Assembly: GCA_963714975.1 (NCBI GenBank)
Contig: CAVQQD010000002.1
Span: 1,024,001-1,088,000 of the forward strand
Direction of reading: 5' to 3'
DNA length: 64,000 bases
Origin: an uncultured Gammaproteobacteria bacterium
GTDB taxonomy: Bacteria > Pseudomonadota > Gammaproteobacteria > JAURND01
Of this stretch, positions 28,812 through 40,749 are shown piece by piece. The stretch's first letter is position 1. Every line of letters starts with the position of its first letter. A program made the translations under genes and the position numbers. The notes beneath the pieces were generated by a model that worked only from the letters and a program-made list of their open reading frames with translations, was not told the DNA's origin and ran no database searches.

Positions 28812-29645
28812 TTAAAATTTAAGTAGCCATTCTCCCCGAAACACGCGTTCCGTAGGACCGGTCATCCAAATAGGTCCCCCAGGTGACCATCGAATGACGA
28901 GTATGCCTCCTTTGAGCTGAACTTGAACTTCTTGATCCACCAATCCTTTACGCCCAGCAAACGCGACAGCGGCACAAGCACCACTGCCACAGGCTAGAGT
29001 TTCCCCCGCTCCTCGTTCATATACGCGTAATCGTACATTTTGTCTATCAACAAGCTGTAAAAAATTAACATTGACTCCCTGAGGGAAACGAGGATGTTTC
29101 CCTAACTTCGGACCCCAAAGTTTCACGGGAGCTTTATTAATATCCTCAACAAGAATGACCGCATGCGGATTACCTACATTAACAACGCCAATTTCTAACT
29201 CGAGATCATCTAGGCTAATTAAGTGGGAATCGGTATTTTCAGCAGATAAAAAAGGAATATCTTTCGAATCAAATAAGGGTACCCCCATATTCACTGCCAC
29301 ATATTGGTTATCAGTTGCAGAAACCTCAAGATTACGAAATTTTGTCCCCAAAACCACCTGTTCTTTATGGGTCAGCCCAGAATCCCAGAGGAATCTTGCC
29401 ACACAACGAGCACCATTACCACACTGTTCTACTTCTGTACCATCACAATTAAAAATCCGAAATTCAAAGTCAACTTCAGGATGTTTGGCGGGTTCCACAA
29501 TCAGTAGCTGGTCAAATCCAATACCAAAGTGCCTATTTGCCATCGATTGAACTAAATCAGGAGTCAAGTTTATGGGGTGTCGAATGGCATCGATAACAAC
29601 AAAATCATTACCTAAGCCTTGCATTTTGGTAAATGGTATTGACAT
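28812..29645 (-). CDS. dapF: Diaminopimelate epimerase
   Basis: KMQGLGNDF, QCGNGARC and ERGAGETLACGSG motifs. Confidence 0.97.
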   Translation of the reverse strand: MSIPFTKMQGLGNDFVVIDAIRHPINLTPDLVQSMANRHFGIGFDQLLIVEPAKHPEVDFEFRIFNCDGTEVEQCGNGARCVARFLWDSGLTHKEQVVLGTKFRNLEVSATDNQYVAVNMGVPLFDSKDIPFLSAENTDSHLISLDDLELEIGVVNVGNPHAVILVEDINKAPVKLWGPKLGKHPRFPQGVNVNFLQLVDRQNVRLRVYERGAGETLACGSGACAAVAFAGRKGLVDQEVQVQLKGGILVIRWSPGGPIWMTGPTERVFRGEWLLKF

Positions 29646-29666
29646 AACAAGATCTCCTGGTGAGGT

Positions 29667-30914
29667 TCATCCTAGTAATGCTTCTTGAGAAAACAATTCA
29701 TGCCACTCCTCTCGGCGACGTATTAAGTAAGCTTCCTTTTTATCCACTAAGACTTCAGCCGGTCGTCGCCTAGAGTTATAATTAGAAGCCATCGTAAACC
29801 CATAAGCTCCAGCAGTACGTATCGCTAACAAATCCCCCGCCGCTATCGCTAACTGTCGCCCTTTGCCGAGAAAATCTGCTGTCTCACAGACTGGACCGAC
29901 TACATCATAAACACCCACGGGCACATCCGTACGTGTTTTCACCGGGAGAATGGTTTGTTCTGCCTGATATAAAGCAGGCCGTAAAAAATCATTCATAGCC
30001 GCATCGACCACAGCAAAATTTTTATGACCGGTATGCTTTAAATATTCCACTTGAGTCACTAAAATTCCAGCATTAGCAGCAATAGCGCGACCTGGCTCAA
30101 AAATGAGTTCCACCGGATCAGACCCCAGGTGCTTTAACAAGGCAGCAGCATATTCTTCGGGTGAGGGAGGAGTCTCCGCCAAATAACATACCCCCAAACC
30201 GCCCCCTAAGTCGATGTGGCTTAGCTGAATCTCACAATTTTGCAATTGCGTATAGAGTTCATAAATCCGCGCAAAAGCTTCTAGAAAAGGAGTTAAATCC
30301 GTCAACTGAGACCCAATATGACAAGCAATACCCACAGCGCGCAAGTGGGAAGAACTGTTTATTTTCTGATAAAGTGCAATAACTTCGGCACTATCAACTC
30401 CAAACTTATTTTCCTTTAATCCGGTGGAAATATAAGGATGAGTGCGTGCATCGATATTTGGATTGACGCGGATTGCTACTGGGGCTATTTTTCCCAGCTT
30501 GACAGCAATGCTTTGAATTCTCTCGAGCTCGGCTGCTGATTCAACATTAAAACAGCTAATGCCCACCTCTAACGCTCGCTCGATTTCAGAAGCTAACTTC
30601 CCTACGCCGGAAAATATAATTTTCGCAGGCGATCCTCCCGCAGCCAAAACCCGTTCTAATTCTCCCTGTGACACGATGTCAAATCCTGAGCCCAATTTTG
30701 CTAATACTTGCAAAACAGCGATGTTTGAATTTGCCTTTACAGCATAACAAATTCGATGGGCATGACCTGCCAGCGCGGCATCAAACACTCGCCAATGCCG
30801 TTCTAGAGTAGCTCGAGAATAAATGTATAAAGGAGTGCCATAACGCGCCGCCAAATCGGCAATTGGAATATCTTCAGCAAACAATTCACCTTCACGCTGG
30901 AGGAAAAAATCCAT
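29667..30914 (-). CDS. lysA: Diaminopimelate decarboxylase
   Basis: YAVKAN, HIGSQ, EPGR and GPVCE motifs. Confidence 0.97.
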   Translation of the reverse strand: MDFFLQREGELFAEDIPIADLAARYGTPLYIYSRATLERHWRVFDAALAGHAHRICYAVKANSNIAVLQVLAKLGSGFDIVSQGELERVLAAGGSPAKIIFSGVGKLASEIERALEVGISCFNVESAAELERIQSIAVKLGKIAPVAIRVNPNIDARTHPYISTGLKENKFGVDSAEVIALYQKINSSSHLRAVGIACHIGSQLTDLTPFLEAFARIYELYTQLQNCEIQLSHIDLGGGLGVCYLAETPPSPEEYAAALLKHLGSDPVELIFEPGRAIAANAGILVTQVEYLKHTGHKNFAVVDAAMNDFLRPALYQAEQTILPVKTRTDVPVGVYDVVGPVCETADFLGKGRQLAIAAGDLLAIRTAGAYGFTMASNYNSRRRPAEVLVDKKEAYLIRRREEWHELFSQEALLG

Positions 30915-30917
30915 AAT

Positions 30918-31049
30918 TTATCTCTCCTCAGCGATGGGAACTGGCGGCGGCAATCCAGAACCTTCCGGGGGAAGATACAGCGGGCCACTTTGTCCGCAAG
31001 CCACTAAAAACAAATAAAACAAACCGATAATTGAGTGTAATAGGCGCAT
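30918..31049 (-). CDS. lptM: Small lipoprotein LptM/YifL (43 aa; below the ORF-track cutoff)
   Basis: MRLLHSIIGLFYLFLVACGQSGPLYLPP..., with the family motif CGxxGPLYLP, directly upstream of lysA-dapF. Confidence 0.88.
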   Translation of the reverse strand: MRLLHSIIGLFYLFLVACGQSGPLYLPPEGSGLPPPVPIAEER

Positions 31050-31093
31050 AATGTCGTTTATTCTATAGGAAAGTTGCGGTATCATCCAGCCTC

Positions 31094-31786
31094 ATGAGCT
31101 CCTTTTCACTTGAAACGATCATCGTTCAACCTAAGCTTCCTGCTAAAAGCAGCATTATTTGGCTGCATGGGTTAGGCGCAGATGCCAATGATTTTGTTGA
31201 CATGGTACCACAACTCTCACTAGCTGAGGATCTGGCAGTCCGTTTTATTTTCCCCCATGCCCCAGTACGGCCTGTCAGTTTAAACGCCGGAATGCGGATG
31301 CGAGCCTGGTTTGACGTGTATGGACTTACTGAACATTTTCCTCAAGATGAAATTGGCATCAACGAAACGGATAGAGGAATTAGGCAACTTATTCAGCAAG
31401 AAATCGCACAAGGCATCCCTTCCACACAAATTATTTTGGCTGGTTTTTCGCAAGGTGGCGCCGTAGCATTATATTCCGGGATCAGATGTGATTATCGTTT
31501 AGGCGGTATTTTAGGGCTATCCACCTTTTTACCCCGCAACCATGACCAGGAAAAAAATAAGCTTGAGACGAATCAGGGACTGCCCATTTTTTTAGCGCAT
31601 GGCACTCTCGATCCCGTCTTATCATTACATATTGGTCAAATTTCCAAAGAACGATTAATTGAATTAGGCTATCTGGTTGAATGGCACACTTACCTGATGG
31701 GGCACAGCGTCTGTGAGCGAGAAATTCAGGATTTATCTCATTGGGTCAAGCAAGTTCTCACTCATGAGTCGAAGCTAATTCAATGA
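31094..31786 (+). CDS. Carboxylesterase/phospholipase (alpha/beta hydrolase)
   Basis: WLHGLGAD, GFSQGG, HGTLD and MGH motifs. Confidence 0.93.
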   Translation: MSSFSLETIIVQPKLPAKSSIIWLHGLGADANDFVDMVPQLSLAEDLAVRFIFPHAPVRPVSLNAGMRMRAWFDVYGLTEHFPQDEIGINETDRGIRQLIQQEIAQGIPSTQIILAGFSQGGAVALYSGIRCDYRLGGILGLSTFLPRNHDQEKNKLETNQGLPIFLAHGTLDPVLSLHIGQISKERLIELGYLVEWHTYLMGHSVCEREIQDLSHWVKQVLTHESKLIQ

Positions 31787-32940
31787 CCAGGCAACTTCCA
31801 ACTCCAGAACCCAGTGCGCAAAATAGTTCCTTGCAACTTCAGGAACTAATTCGGCAAGCAATCAATCAACAAGGAGCTATTTCTTTTGCTCGCTATATGG
31901 AACTCTGTCTTTATGCTTCAGGACTCGGATATTATCAGGGAGGAATGCATAAGCTAGGACGCGGCGGGGACTTTACCACAGCGCCTGAAATATCTCCTTT
32001 ATTTGGCCGCTGTATTGCGCAACAAATCAGAGAAATATTAGAGCATTTAGGATCAGGCGATATTTTGGAATTTGGCGCAGGGACTGGCCAGCTTGCGATT
32101 GACATTTTACTGTCCCTAGAACAGTCTTCTACGCTGCCAACGCATTATTACATCATTGAATTAAGCGCTGATCTGCAGCAAAGGCAAAAAATCCTGATTA
32201 ACCAATCCATCCCCCACTTAGCCGATAAAGTCATTTGGCTGACGTGTTTACCCACTGAATTTAGTGGAGTAATCATCGCCAATGAAGTTTTGGATGCCAT
32301 GCCAGTGGCAAAGTTTCGTTACCAGCAGCACCAGCACTACGAATGTGCCGTGCAGGGGCAAGTGAATGCTTGGGTGGAATGCACGCAACCCCTCTCTGCT
32401 GCTGAATTAGAACAACAGCTCGATCAACTCGAGATTCGCTTCACTGAAGGCTATACATCTGAAGTAAATTGCGTTCTTCCTGGCTGGTTAGCTAGTTTAA
32501 GCCAGCTGTTAACACAAGGCCTAATTTTGCTCATTGATTATGGCTTTCCGCAGCATGAATATTATCATCCCCAGCGCAGCATGGGTACTTTGATGTGTCA
32601 CTATCAGCACCTTGCCCATGATAATTATTTCTGGTGGCCAGGGTTGCAGGATATTACTGCCCATGTCAATTTTACTGCTGTAGCCCAATCTGCTTATGAG
32701 CAAGGCCTAATGCTCGCAGGCTATACTTCACAAGCACATTTTCTTTATAGCTGTGGTTTAGAGAAAATGACCAGTTCTGTAACAAGTTCTGTGATGAAAC
32801 AATATCAAATTAGTCAACAAATTAAAAAATTAATTCTTCCTACTGAAATGGGGGAACTATTTAAAGTAATGGCACTTTGCAAAAATTTTTCCCAAGCATT
32901 ATTAGGGTTTAAATTATATGACATGCGAGGAAAACTTTGA
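31783..32940 (+). CDS. SAM-dependent methyltransferase, MidA/NDUFAF7 family
   Basis: GDFTTAPEIS, EFGAGTG, ANEVLDAMP and QDITAHVNF motifs. Confidence 0.93.
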   Translation: MTRQLPTPEPSAQNSSLQLQELIRQAINQQGAISFARYMELCLYASGLGYYQGGMHKLGRGGDFTTAPEISPLFGRCIAQQIREILEHLGSGDILEFGAGTGQLAIDILLSLEQSSTLPTHYYIIELSADLQQRQKILINQSIPHLADKVIWLTCLPTEFSGVIIANEVLDAMPVAKFRYQQHQHYECAVQGQVNAWVECTQPLSAAELEQQLDQLEIRFTEGYTSEVNCVLPGWLASLSQLLTQGLILLIDYGFPQHEYYHPQRSMGTLMCHYQHLAHDNYFWWPGLQDITAHVNFTAVAQSAYEQGLMLAGYTSQAHFLYSCGLEKMTSSVTSSVMKQYQISQQIKKLILPTEMGELFKVMALCKNFSQALLGFKLYDMRGKL

Positions 32941-33428
32941 TGGCACACACTACCATAGAAGTTTACGAAGAGAGCTTAAGATTTGAAGTGGCACATTTTA
33001 CCATTTTTTCGCCTACTTCTCGCGAACGTTTACATGGCCACAATTATCAACTCTATTTTTCGATGACAGCAACTGTGGCAGAACTTGGAATTACTTTTGA
33101 TTATGATATTTACAAACAAAAATTATGCTCTCTATGTAATTATTTAGATAAACATCTGCTATTACCGGGACAATCTCCAGTATTAACCATTCAAGAAAAA
33201 CCACCCTATTACTATGTGCATTTTCATGAAGAAGAAATGCATTTTTTAATTTCTGATTGCCTAATTTTACCAATTCGAAATATCAGTTTAGAGGAATTAT
33301 CGCGTTGGTTTTTAGAGCAATTACTTCTAGAGAAAAATAAAATCGCGACACACAATATTCAAGAGCTGGTCATTAAAGTTTCTAGCGGCCATGGTCGCAG
33401 TGCTTCTTCAAGTTGGTGCAGCTCTTAA
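32940..33428 (+). CDS. 6-carboxytetrahydropterin synthase (QueD/PTPS family)
   Basis: AHFT..ERLHGHNY motif. Confidence 0.85.
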   Translation: MAHTTIEVYEESLRFEVAHFTIFSPTSRERLHGHNYQLYFSMTATVAELGITFDYDIYKQKLCSLCNYLDKHLLLPGQSPVLTIQEKPPYYYVHFHEEEMHFLISDCLILPIRNISLEELSRWFLEQLLLEKNKIATHNIQELVIKVSSGHGRSASSSWCSS

Positions 33429-34508
33429 GCTAGCAGCAATTAATTGCACTCTCTGCTTACGCAAGGCTTGACCCAAGGCAATCCCTGATAAGCCGGACTG
33501 TATTAATGGAGCGGAATCAACTGATTTTGCTGCTGCATAGCTTTTTCGTAACCTCTCAGCCTGGCACAAATAGGATTCTGAATAAATAGCGGTGCAGGCA
33601 ATAGAAAACTGCTCGAGACGTTCTGGCCTACGAAAAGCATCCAAAGATTCAAGAAGCTTAAATAGTTCTTCTGCTGAGGAATTCAGGAGCTGCTGAAAAT
33701 GGGTTTGATAACGCGATACCAATAATGCCAATTCAGTATAATCTCGAGGAAAACGATACTGCTGGGATAACGCACTAATTTGATGCGGCGGTAAATGATG
33801 CAAATAAGCCGCTAACCGAATCTTGGCTGAGCAAGAAAGTGTTACCGCCTGTTTTAATGCAACTTCATCAACACGATTTTCCCACAATTGTGGGAATAAG
33901 ATTGCTAATGCTCCACAAGCTGTTAGAACATGAAAGAAACGGCTTGGGGTGGATTCACGCATCGCCCTTACCCACTCTTGCCAGACGCGCTCTGGAACTA
34001 GCGCATTGACCTCTCCTTGTTGTACCATTTGCTGCATTAAATACAAGGTATCGGAATGAATAGAAAAATCGGGGAAACGTGCGGCCAATCGCGCCACACG
34101 CAAAATTCGTACTGGATCTTCAACAAACGCCGCCGAGACATGGCGTAAAATCCGCTGTTCCAGATCCGCTTGCCCGCCATAAGGATCGATGAGCCCGCCT
34201 TCCATGGTTTGCGCCATCGCATTAATAGTTAAATCGCGACGTTGCAAATCTTCTTCTAAGCTCACATCGGGTGCTGCATAAAAATGAAACCCTTTATATC
34301 CCGGAGCTGTTTTACGTTCCGTACGCGCTAAGGCATATTCCTCGTGTGTCACCGGATGCAAAAATACCGGAAAATCTTTTCCAACCGGTTGGTATCCTAA
34401 CTGTAACATCAACTCTGGCGTCGCCCCGATGACCACCCAGTCGCGTTCTATAACGGGAAGTCCTAATAATTGATCTCGCACCGCCCCACCTACTAAATAA
34501 ATTTCCAA
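33408..34508 (-). CDS. cca: tRNA CCA-adding enzyme (short form, no evident HD domain)
   Basis: YLVGGAVRD, DWV, RRDLTINA and EDPVRILRVAR motifs; TTG start. Confidence 0.93.
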   Translation of the reverse strand: MEIYLVGGAVRDQLLGLPVIERDWVVIGATPELMLQLGYQPVGKDFPVFLHPVTHEEYALARTERKTAPGYKGFHFYAAPDVSLEEDLQRRDLTINAMAQTMEGGLIDPYGGQADLEQRILRHVSAAFVEDPVRILRVARLAARFPDFSIHSDTLYLMQQMVQQGEVNALVPERVWQEWVRAMRESTPSRFFHVLTACGALAILFPQLWENRVDEVALKQAVTLSCSAKIRLAAYLHHLPPHQISALSQQYRFPRDYTELALLVSRYQTHFQQLLNSSAEELFKLLESLDAFRRPERLEQFSIACTAIYSESYLCQAERLRKSYAAAKSVDSAPLIQSGLSGIALGQALRKQRVQLIAASLRAAPT

Positions 34509-34594
34509 CGAAAATCCTCAAAAATCTTTGTGACAATTCTTACCCTGAGTATTATACTCTCCTCTCCTTAAATTGATCCAGAGGAGTTCCATTA

Positions 34595-35254
34595 ATGAAG
34601 CATAGCCGATTGACATTGAACATTTTACTGAGCATCGGCTGCATTTTCGCATCTTCTTTGGCTTATGCAAAATGGTCTGTCGAAGTCGCAACGGGTATCC
34701 CTTATAATTTTCCAATGCCACTGCTAATTCAACAAGATGATGAATTAGACATTAATCTTACTGCACACTATGAAACACGCCCTTTCCAATCCCCGTTTTA
34801 TTACAATATCCGAATTGGTAAATGGCTGGGCAATAAGGCCTGGGAAGTAGAAACCATCCATCATAAAATTTACCTGAGAAATACCAATGATGAGGTGTCA
34901 CATTTTTCTATCTCGCATGGCTACAATATGTTTACCTTAAATCGGGCTTGGCTGGATACAAGAAATTTAATTTGGCGCATTGGTGGCGGGGTGATCATTG
35001 CCCATCCAGAGTCAAAGGTCCGGGGCGAAACTTTTGATGAACGTGGCGGTACTTTAAATAATGCTGGTTACTATTTAGCAGGACCCACTGCCATGGCTTC
35101 TGTAGGAAAACGTTTTTATCTCACCAAAAGTTTCTTTCTGGAATTGGAAGGCAAACTAACCGCCTCGTATGCTTATGTAAAAGTAGTGGATGGACATGCG
35201 GACGTGCCTTTAGTTGCTATACATGCTGATTTTGGCTTTGGCTATGATATTTAG
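34595..35254 (+). CDS. Putative small outer-membrane beta-barrel protein
   Basis: Signal peptide (LAYA-K), amphipathic strands, C-terminal FGFGYDI. Confidence 0.75.
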   Translation: MKHSRLTLNILLSIGCIFASSLAYAKWSVEVATGIPYNFPMPLLIQQDDELDINLTAHYETRPFQSPFYYNIRIGKWLGNKAWEVETIHHKIYLRNTNDEVSHFSISHGYNMFTLNRAWLDTRNLIWRIGGGVIIAHPESKVRGETFDERGGTLNNAGYYLAGPTAMASVGKRFYLTKSFFLELEGKLTASYAYVKVVDGHADVPLVAIHADFGFGYDI

Positions 35255-35479
35255 CTTTAAGATTGCAGACTTTATAGGTGAGGCAATGAATCCCATCCTT
35301 GCAAGTGATAATTCCTTTTCCGGCTGGCTATCCCCCTCCTTTGAGAATAAATCCGTTTAGGAAATCACTGCCTCTGTGTAGCCGACCCGTGCATTAAACA
35401 GCAGTGGTTGGTAAATGGATGCAGTCCTATTAAGGTAAATTTTGTAGGCAAGAAACCCTTTATCCTTTATTGTCGGTTC

Positions 35480-36025
35480 TTAGCTCGAGGGGCCTGGGCT
35501 ACGGAAAGCCTCTTCCTGTTCCTCTGAAAGCGTTTGGAAGGATAAACCTTGTTTTTGGCATAGTTCTCGCACTTTTTCTTTAAACTCCTGAGGAGCACGA
35601 TCTGGAATTGCAATAGTAGTACATCCGCTTGCTTTTGCCAAGGCAACCGCTGCTTCAGGATCATTAGATATAATTCTAAGTCTTACTGAACCCTCGCTAT
35701 TAGTGATAGTATCCAGGGTTGCTGAGGTTTTGCTGCCATCTGCTTTAGTAAATTCCGCTTGAAATGTTTTACCACCCGTATCAAATAAGCCTTCTGCTGA
35801 GGTAATAGCCTCATCAATATTATTACCAGGGCTTTGCCAACTCTGTGTCCTAGGCATCTCGGTAACTGTTATGTCAATAATTCCCTCAGGCAATTGGCCT
35901 GTCTGACGTAGTTCATTAAAACCATCAACCAAACTCTGCTTATTAATAACTATGGCTTTTTTCCGACGTTCTGCTTCTTCTAAATCTGCAGTTTCATCAG
36001 TACGATTACTATTCTGTTGAGACAT
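35480..36025 (-). CDS. Orphan hydrophilic protein; candidate effector
   Basis: 181 aa, SD gagg, C-terminal EEQEE block, PmrA-like box upstream. Confidence 0.75.
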   Translation of the reverse strand: MSQQNSNRTDETADLEEAERRKKAIVINKQSLVDGFNELRQTGQLPEGIIDITVTEMPRTQSWQSPGNNIDEAITSAEGLFDTGGKTFQAEFTKADGSKTSATLDTITNSEGSVRLRIISNDPEAAVALAKASGCTTIAIPDRAPQEFKEKVRELCQKQGLSFQTLSEEQEEAFRSPGPSS

Positions 36026-36059
36026 AAATATACCTCACAAATTATGGATTAGAATAATT

Positions 36060-36092
36060 AGAGTATCACTTTCATCTTAATAAAATATTAAG
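36060..36092 (-). promoter_or_regulatory. PmrA-type box, cTTAATATT-N2-aTTAA-N11-TACTCT
   Basis: Minus strand reads cTTAAtattttaTTAAgatgaaagtgaTACTCT. Confidence 0.7.
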
Positions 36093-36095
36093 AAC

Positions 36096-37656
<1,561 letters not shown>

Positions 37657-37801
37657 AAAAATTATTTAATTTAAGCAATAAAATTTTAATTTTTATCCAG
37701 AAAATGTAAACTTCTTTTATCATAATGGTATACATCGCAGGTAAAATACCATAAAATTTGCGAACAATCTTCCGTTTTGCATTATTATTAAAAGTAAGCA
37801 A

Positions 37802-37877
37802 GCTGGCATAGCTCAGTCGGTAGAGCAACTGATTTGTAATCAGTAGGTCCCCAGTTCGAGTCCGGGTGCCAGCACCA
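37802..37877 (+). tRNA. tRNA-Thr (anticodon TGT)
   Basis: 76-nt cloverleaf: GCTGGCA acceptor, CTGAT-TTGTA-ATCAG anticodon arm, GTTCGAGTC T-loop, CCA end. Confidence 0.97.
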
Positions 37878-37992
37878 ATTAAATCAATGCGTTACGATGG
37901 GTTAAAGGCTAAGAAGGCTTAAGGATGGGACAGTAGTGGGGCAGTCAAGAACAACAAACCACAATAAACAAGGAACATAATGAGGAGAAAAT

Positions 37993-38283
37993 ATGCGAAG
38001 GAAAATGTTTGCATCACTAACAATAGTCTTCCTATCCACGATCACTCTAATAGGTAATGCCTCAAATTATTCCACAGAACAGCTAACCTTCACCCAAGCT
38101 ACCGACAGCAGCTTTGCCTACAGCACACCCAAAACCACCTTAGTGGCCTTTAATCGAAACAACCCTATCCACGCAACCACATTACAGCAAAGCGGTTGCT
38201 GCTCTTGGCATCATGGCGCATGTGGCTGTGGCAGTACGGTAATCTGTTGTGATGGTAGTGCCTCTCCGACCTGTGGATGTTGA
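37993..38283 (+). CDS. Small secreted Cys-rich protein (cargo)
   Basis: Signal peptide; C-terminal GCCSWHHGACGC...CCDG...CGC; SD gagga. Confidence 0.8.
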   Translation: MRRKMFASLTIVFLSTITLIGNASNYSTEQLTFTQATDSSFAYSTPKTTLVAFNRNNPIHATTLQQSGCCSWHHGACGCGSTVICCDGSASPTCGC

Positions 38284-38377
38284 GCAAAGCTTATTTACTA
38301 TCTATCATTCATTTGTGGGTCTTGCTTACTTTCGAAAGGCAACTTTCTAAGAATTAAAAGCTCATCTGAGTGGCCTT

Positions 38378-38713
38378 ATGAAAAAAAACAAAAAAATACA
38401 AGAATTATCAGAAAGCTTGTACTGCTTGATATTCTCACCAGCTTGGTTGTCCTTTCTTATTTCAATGGGTTATCTAATCTATAAGGGATGGTTTTGGTTA
38501 AAAAATGGCTATTGGCCTTCTATTACGCTTAGAGACTCCTTAATTAGTGCAAATTTGATTAGCCCTGATTTCTATTTTTATTTGCCAACTTTCAAGGGTA
38601 TAGAGCAAGTATTAAATTCAACTTTAATCTCTTCCGCCATCTTTTTTTACCTTTGCATTTCTATAGTACTATTTTTAATCATCAATGCAATTTTAGAGAA
38701 GACTACCTTGTAA
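38378..38713 (+). CDS. Two-TM hypothetical protein (cargo)
   Basis: 111-aa AT-rich ORF with two hydrophobic segments. Confidence 0.6.
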   Translation: MKKNKKIQELSESLYCLIFSPAWLSFLISMGYLIYKGWFWLKNGYWPSITLRDSLISANLISPDFYFYLPTFKGIEQVLNSTLISSAIFFYLCISIVLFLIINAILEKTTL

Positions 38714-38912
38714 TTGAGAGAGCAAAAGTAGCTTTTATTTGCCCTTCAGTGCCCCTTAATCGCCCCTCACTAAAAATATTAAACCATAATATCTTGATTA
38801 AACTTAACTTTAAGTCAAGTTTAAACTGATTACATATCAGGTGTTGCTTCATTTGGTCATTTACTGTACAGTGCTGCCGATAACAATAATTTAACATAGG
38901 AAGCTGACTCAC

Positions 38913-39992
38913 ATGGCTAATATAGAAAAACGAGTTAACCAAAATCAGGAAATCACCTACCGCGTCAAAGTCAGATTAAAAGGCTTTCCCACCCAAACAG
39001 CTACCTTCACCCGATTGACTGATGCTCGACGATGGGCACAACAAACAGAATCAGCAATACGCGAAGGCCGACATTTTAAATCCACCGAAGCTAAAAAGCG
39101 CACCCTTTCTGAAGCTATCGAACGTTATAAAAAATCCGTCCTCCCTAATAAGCCCAAAAGTGAGTACGACCAAAGGTTGCAACTTAAGTGGTGGCAGGTA
39201 AACATCGGGCATTATGCCCTAGCCGATATCACCCCCGCACTAATTGCGGAACAACGTGATAAATTAGTCAGTTCCACTACTAAAAGAAAAAAGCCTCGCA
39301 CTCCCGCCACTATTAATCGTTATTTAGCGGCATTGAGCCATCTTTTCACCACAGCCATCAAAGAATGGGGCTGGCTAGATGAAAATCCTTTGCGAAAAGT
39401 CACCAAAATGAAAGAGCCACGGGGACGCGTACGAATTTTATCAGATGACGAACGCCAAAGATTATTAGATGCCTGCCAGAAAAGCTCAAGCCCATGGCTC
39501 TATTTGATAATAGTGCTGGCATTATCCACAGGCGCTCGTCGTATGGAGATATTGGGTTTGCGATGGGATGATGTTGATTTAAACCGCGCCATCATAACCT
39601 TGCACGAAACTAAAAATGGCGAACGCCGCATATTGCCGATCACAGGCCATGCTTTAGCTTTGCTAAAAGAACATGCCAAAGTTCGCTCTCTTCATACAGA
39701 TTTAGTTTTTCCAAGCAAAAATTTCAAAAACCCTATTGATCTGCGCACTCCTTGGGAAACAGCAGTTAAAAATGCAAGAATTGAAGATTTTCGGTTTCAT
39801 GACCTAAGGCATAGTGCCGCATCATATTTGGTAATGGATGGTGCAAGCTTGGCAGAAATTGCCGAGGTACTAGGCCATAAAACATTACAAATGGTCAAAC
39901 GATACGCACATCTATCGGAAGCACATACAGCTAAGGTGGTGGCTAGGATGAATGAGAAGATTTTTGGGGGAACAAATTATGCCAACAATTAG
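38913..39992 (+). CDS. Tyrosine recombinase/integrase
   Basis: TGARRMEI (R), TKNG (K), FHDLRH, LGH and RYAHL catalytic residues. Confidence 0.96.
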   Translation: MANIEKRVNQNQEITYRVKVRLKGFPTQTATFTRLTDARRWAQQTESAIREGRHFKSTEAKKRTLSEAIERYKKSVLPNKPKSEYDQRLQLKWWQVNIGHYALADITPALIAEQRDKLVSSTTKRKKPRTPATINRYLAALSHLFTTAIKEWGWLDENPLRKVTKMKEPRGRVRILSDDERQRLLDACQKSSSPWLYLIIVLALSTGARRMEILGLRWDDVDLNRAIITLHETKNGERRILPITGHALALLKEHAKVRSLHTDLVFPSKNFKNPIDLRTPWETAVKNARIEDFRFHDLRHSAASYLVMDGASLAEIAEVLGHKTLQMVKRYAHLSEAHTAKVVARMNEKIFGGTNYANN

Positions 39993-40749
39993 AATTAACC
40001 ATAATAGCGATGTTATTGCCTTATCAGATTTTATACAAAAATTAACAGATTTTAGAGTTAAAGAATATTTTGAAAAAACAACTAACGTTGGCACTGAGAA
40101 AGTAAAAGAAGTTAGGGAAAAAATTTCCTACGAAATTTCATCTGATCTTTGTAGCGCAATAAAAAACTATGACACACATGGTCCACAGCTCTTTCTGAGA
40201 AATAACTATACTCTAGCTCAATTAACCAGAGATGAAGTGCAATCAACTGATTTTGAAAAACTTTATGAGAATCTATTATATACCAGTGAATTGATAACGT
40301 GGTTTAAAAAATATAAAAGGGCTAACTTGGAATTTATTAGCGATAAAAATCAAGATTTGATAGAAAATAAAGTTGATAAATCAAGCGAACCAACTCAAAG
40401 TGATCCTGCAGGACACACAAAAGATCACCCCCTGTCTAGTCACATCAATAAGGATGAGAAGATTAGAAATGAGCAATTATTAAGGAGATCAGCGATTAGG
40501 AGTAATTATGACAAGCTTACTCAGGGTCAATGGCGAGGTATTTTTAATAAAGAAAAAGATAATGGTTTGGCTCAAATGGCCAAAGAATTTTCGGAAAAAA
40601 AGCCGACATATCGGCAACGTGATGTTGAAAATTGGTTGATTCAAGAAAATTACTATACTTGTCTAGAAATTGCAGATTTATCAAACCATCAACTTGTACC
40701 TAAAAACGAAGAAATTAATCACGCAAATATAGCGAACAGGCAATGGTAG
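39979..40749 (+). CDS. Hypothetical protein coupled to the integrase (possible regulator)
   Basis: ATG 39979 overlaps the integrase 3' end; AT-rich. Confidence 0.7.
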   Translation: MPTIRINHNSDVIALSDFIQKLTDFRVKEYFEKTTNVGTEKVKEVREKISYEISSDLCSAIKNYDTHGPQLFLRNNYTLAQLTRDEVQSTDFEKLYENLLYTSELITWFKKYKRANLEFISDKNQDLIENKVDKSSEPTQSDPAGHTKDHPLSSHINKDEKIRNEQLLRRSAIRSNYDKLTQGQWRGIFNKEKDNGLAQMAKEFSEKKPTYRQRDVENWLIQENYYTCLEIADLSNHQLVPKNEEINHANIANRQW

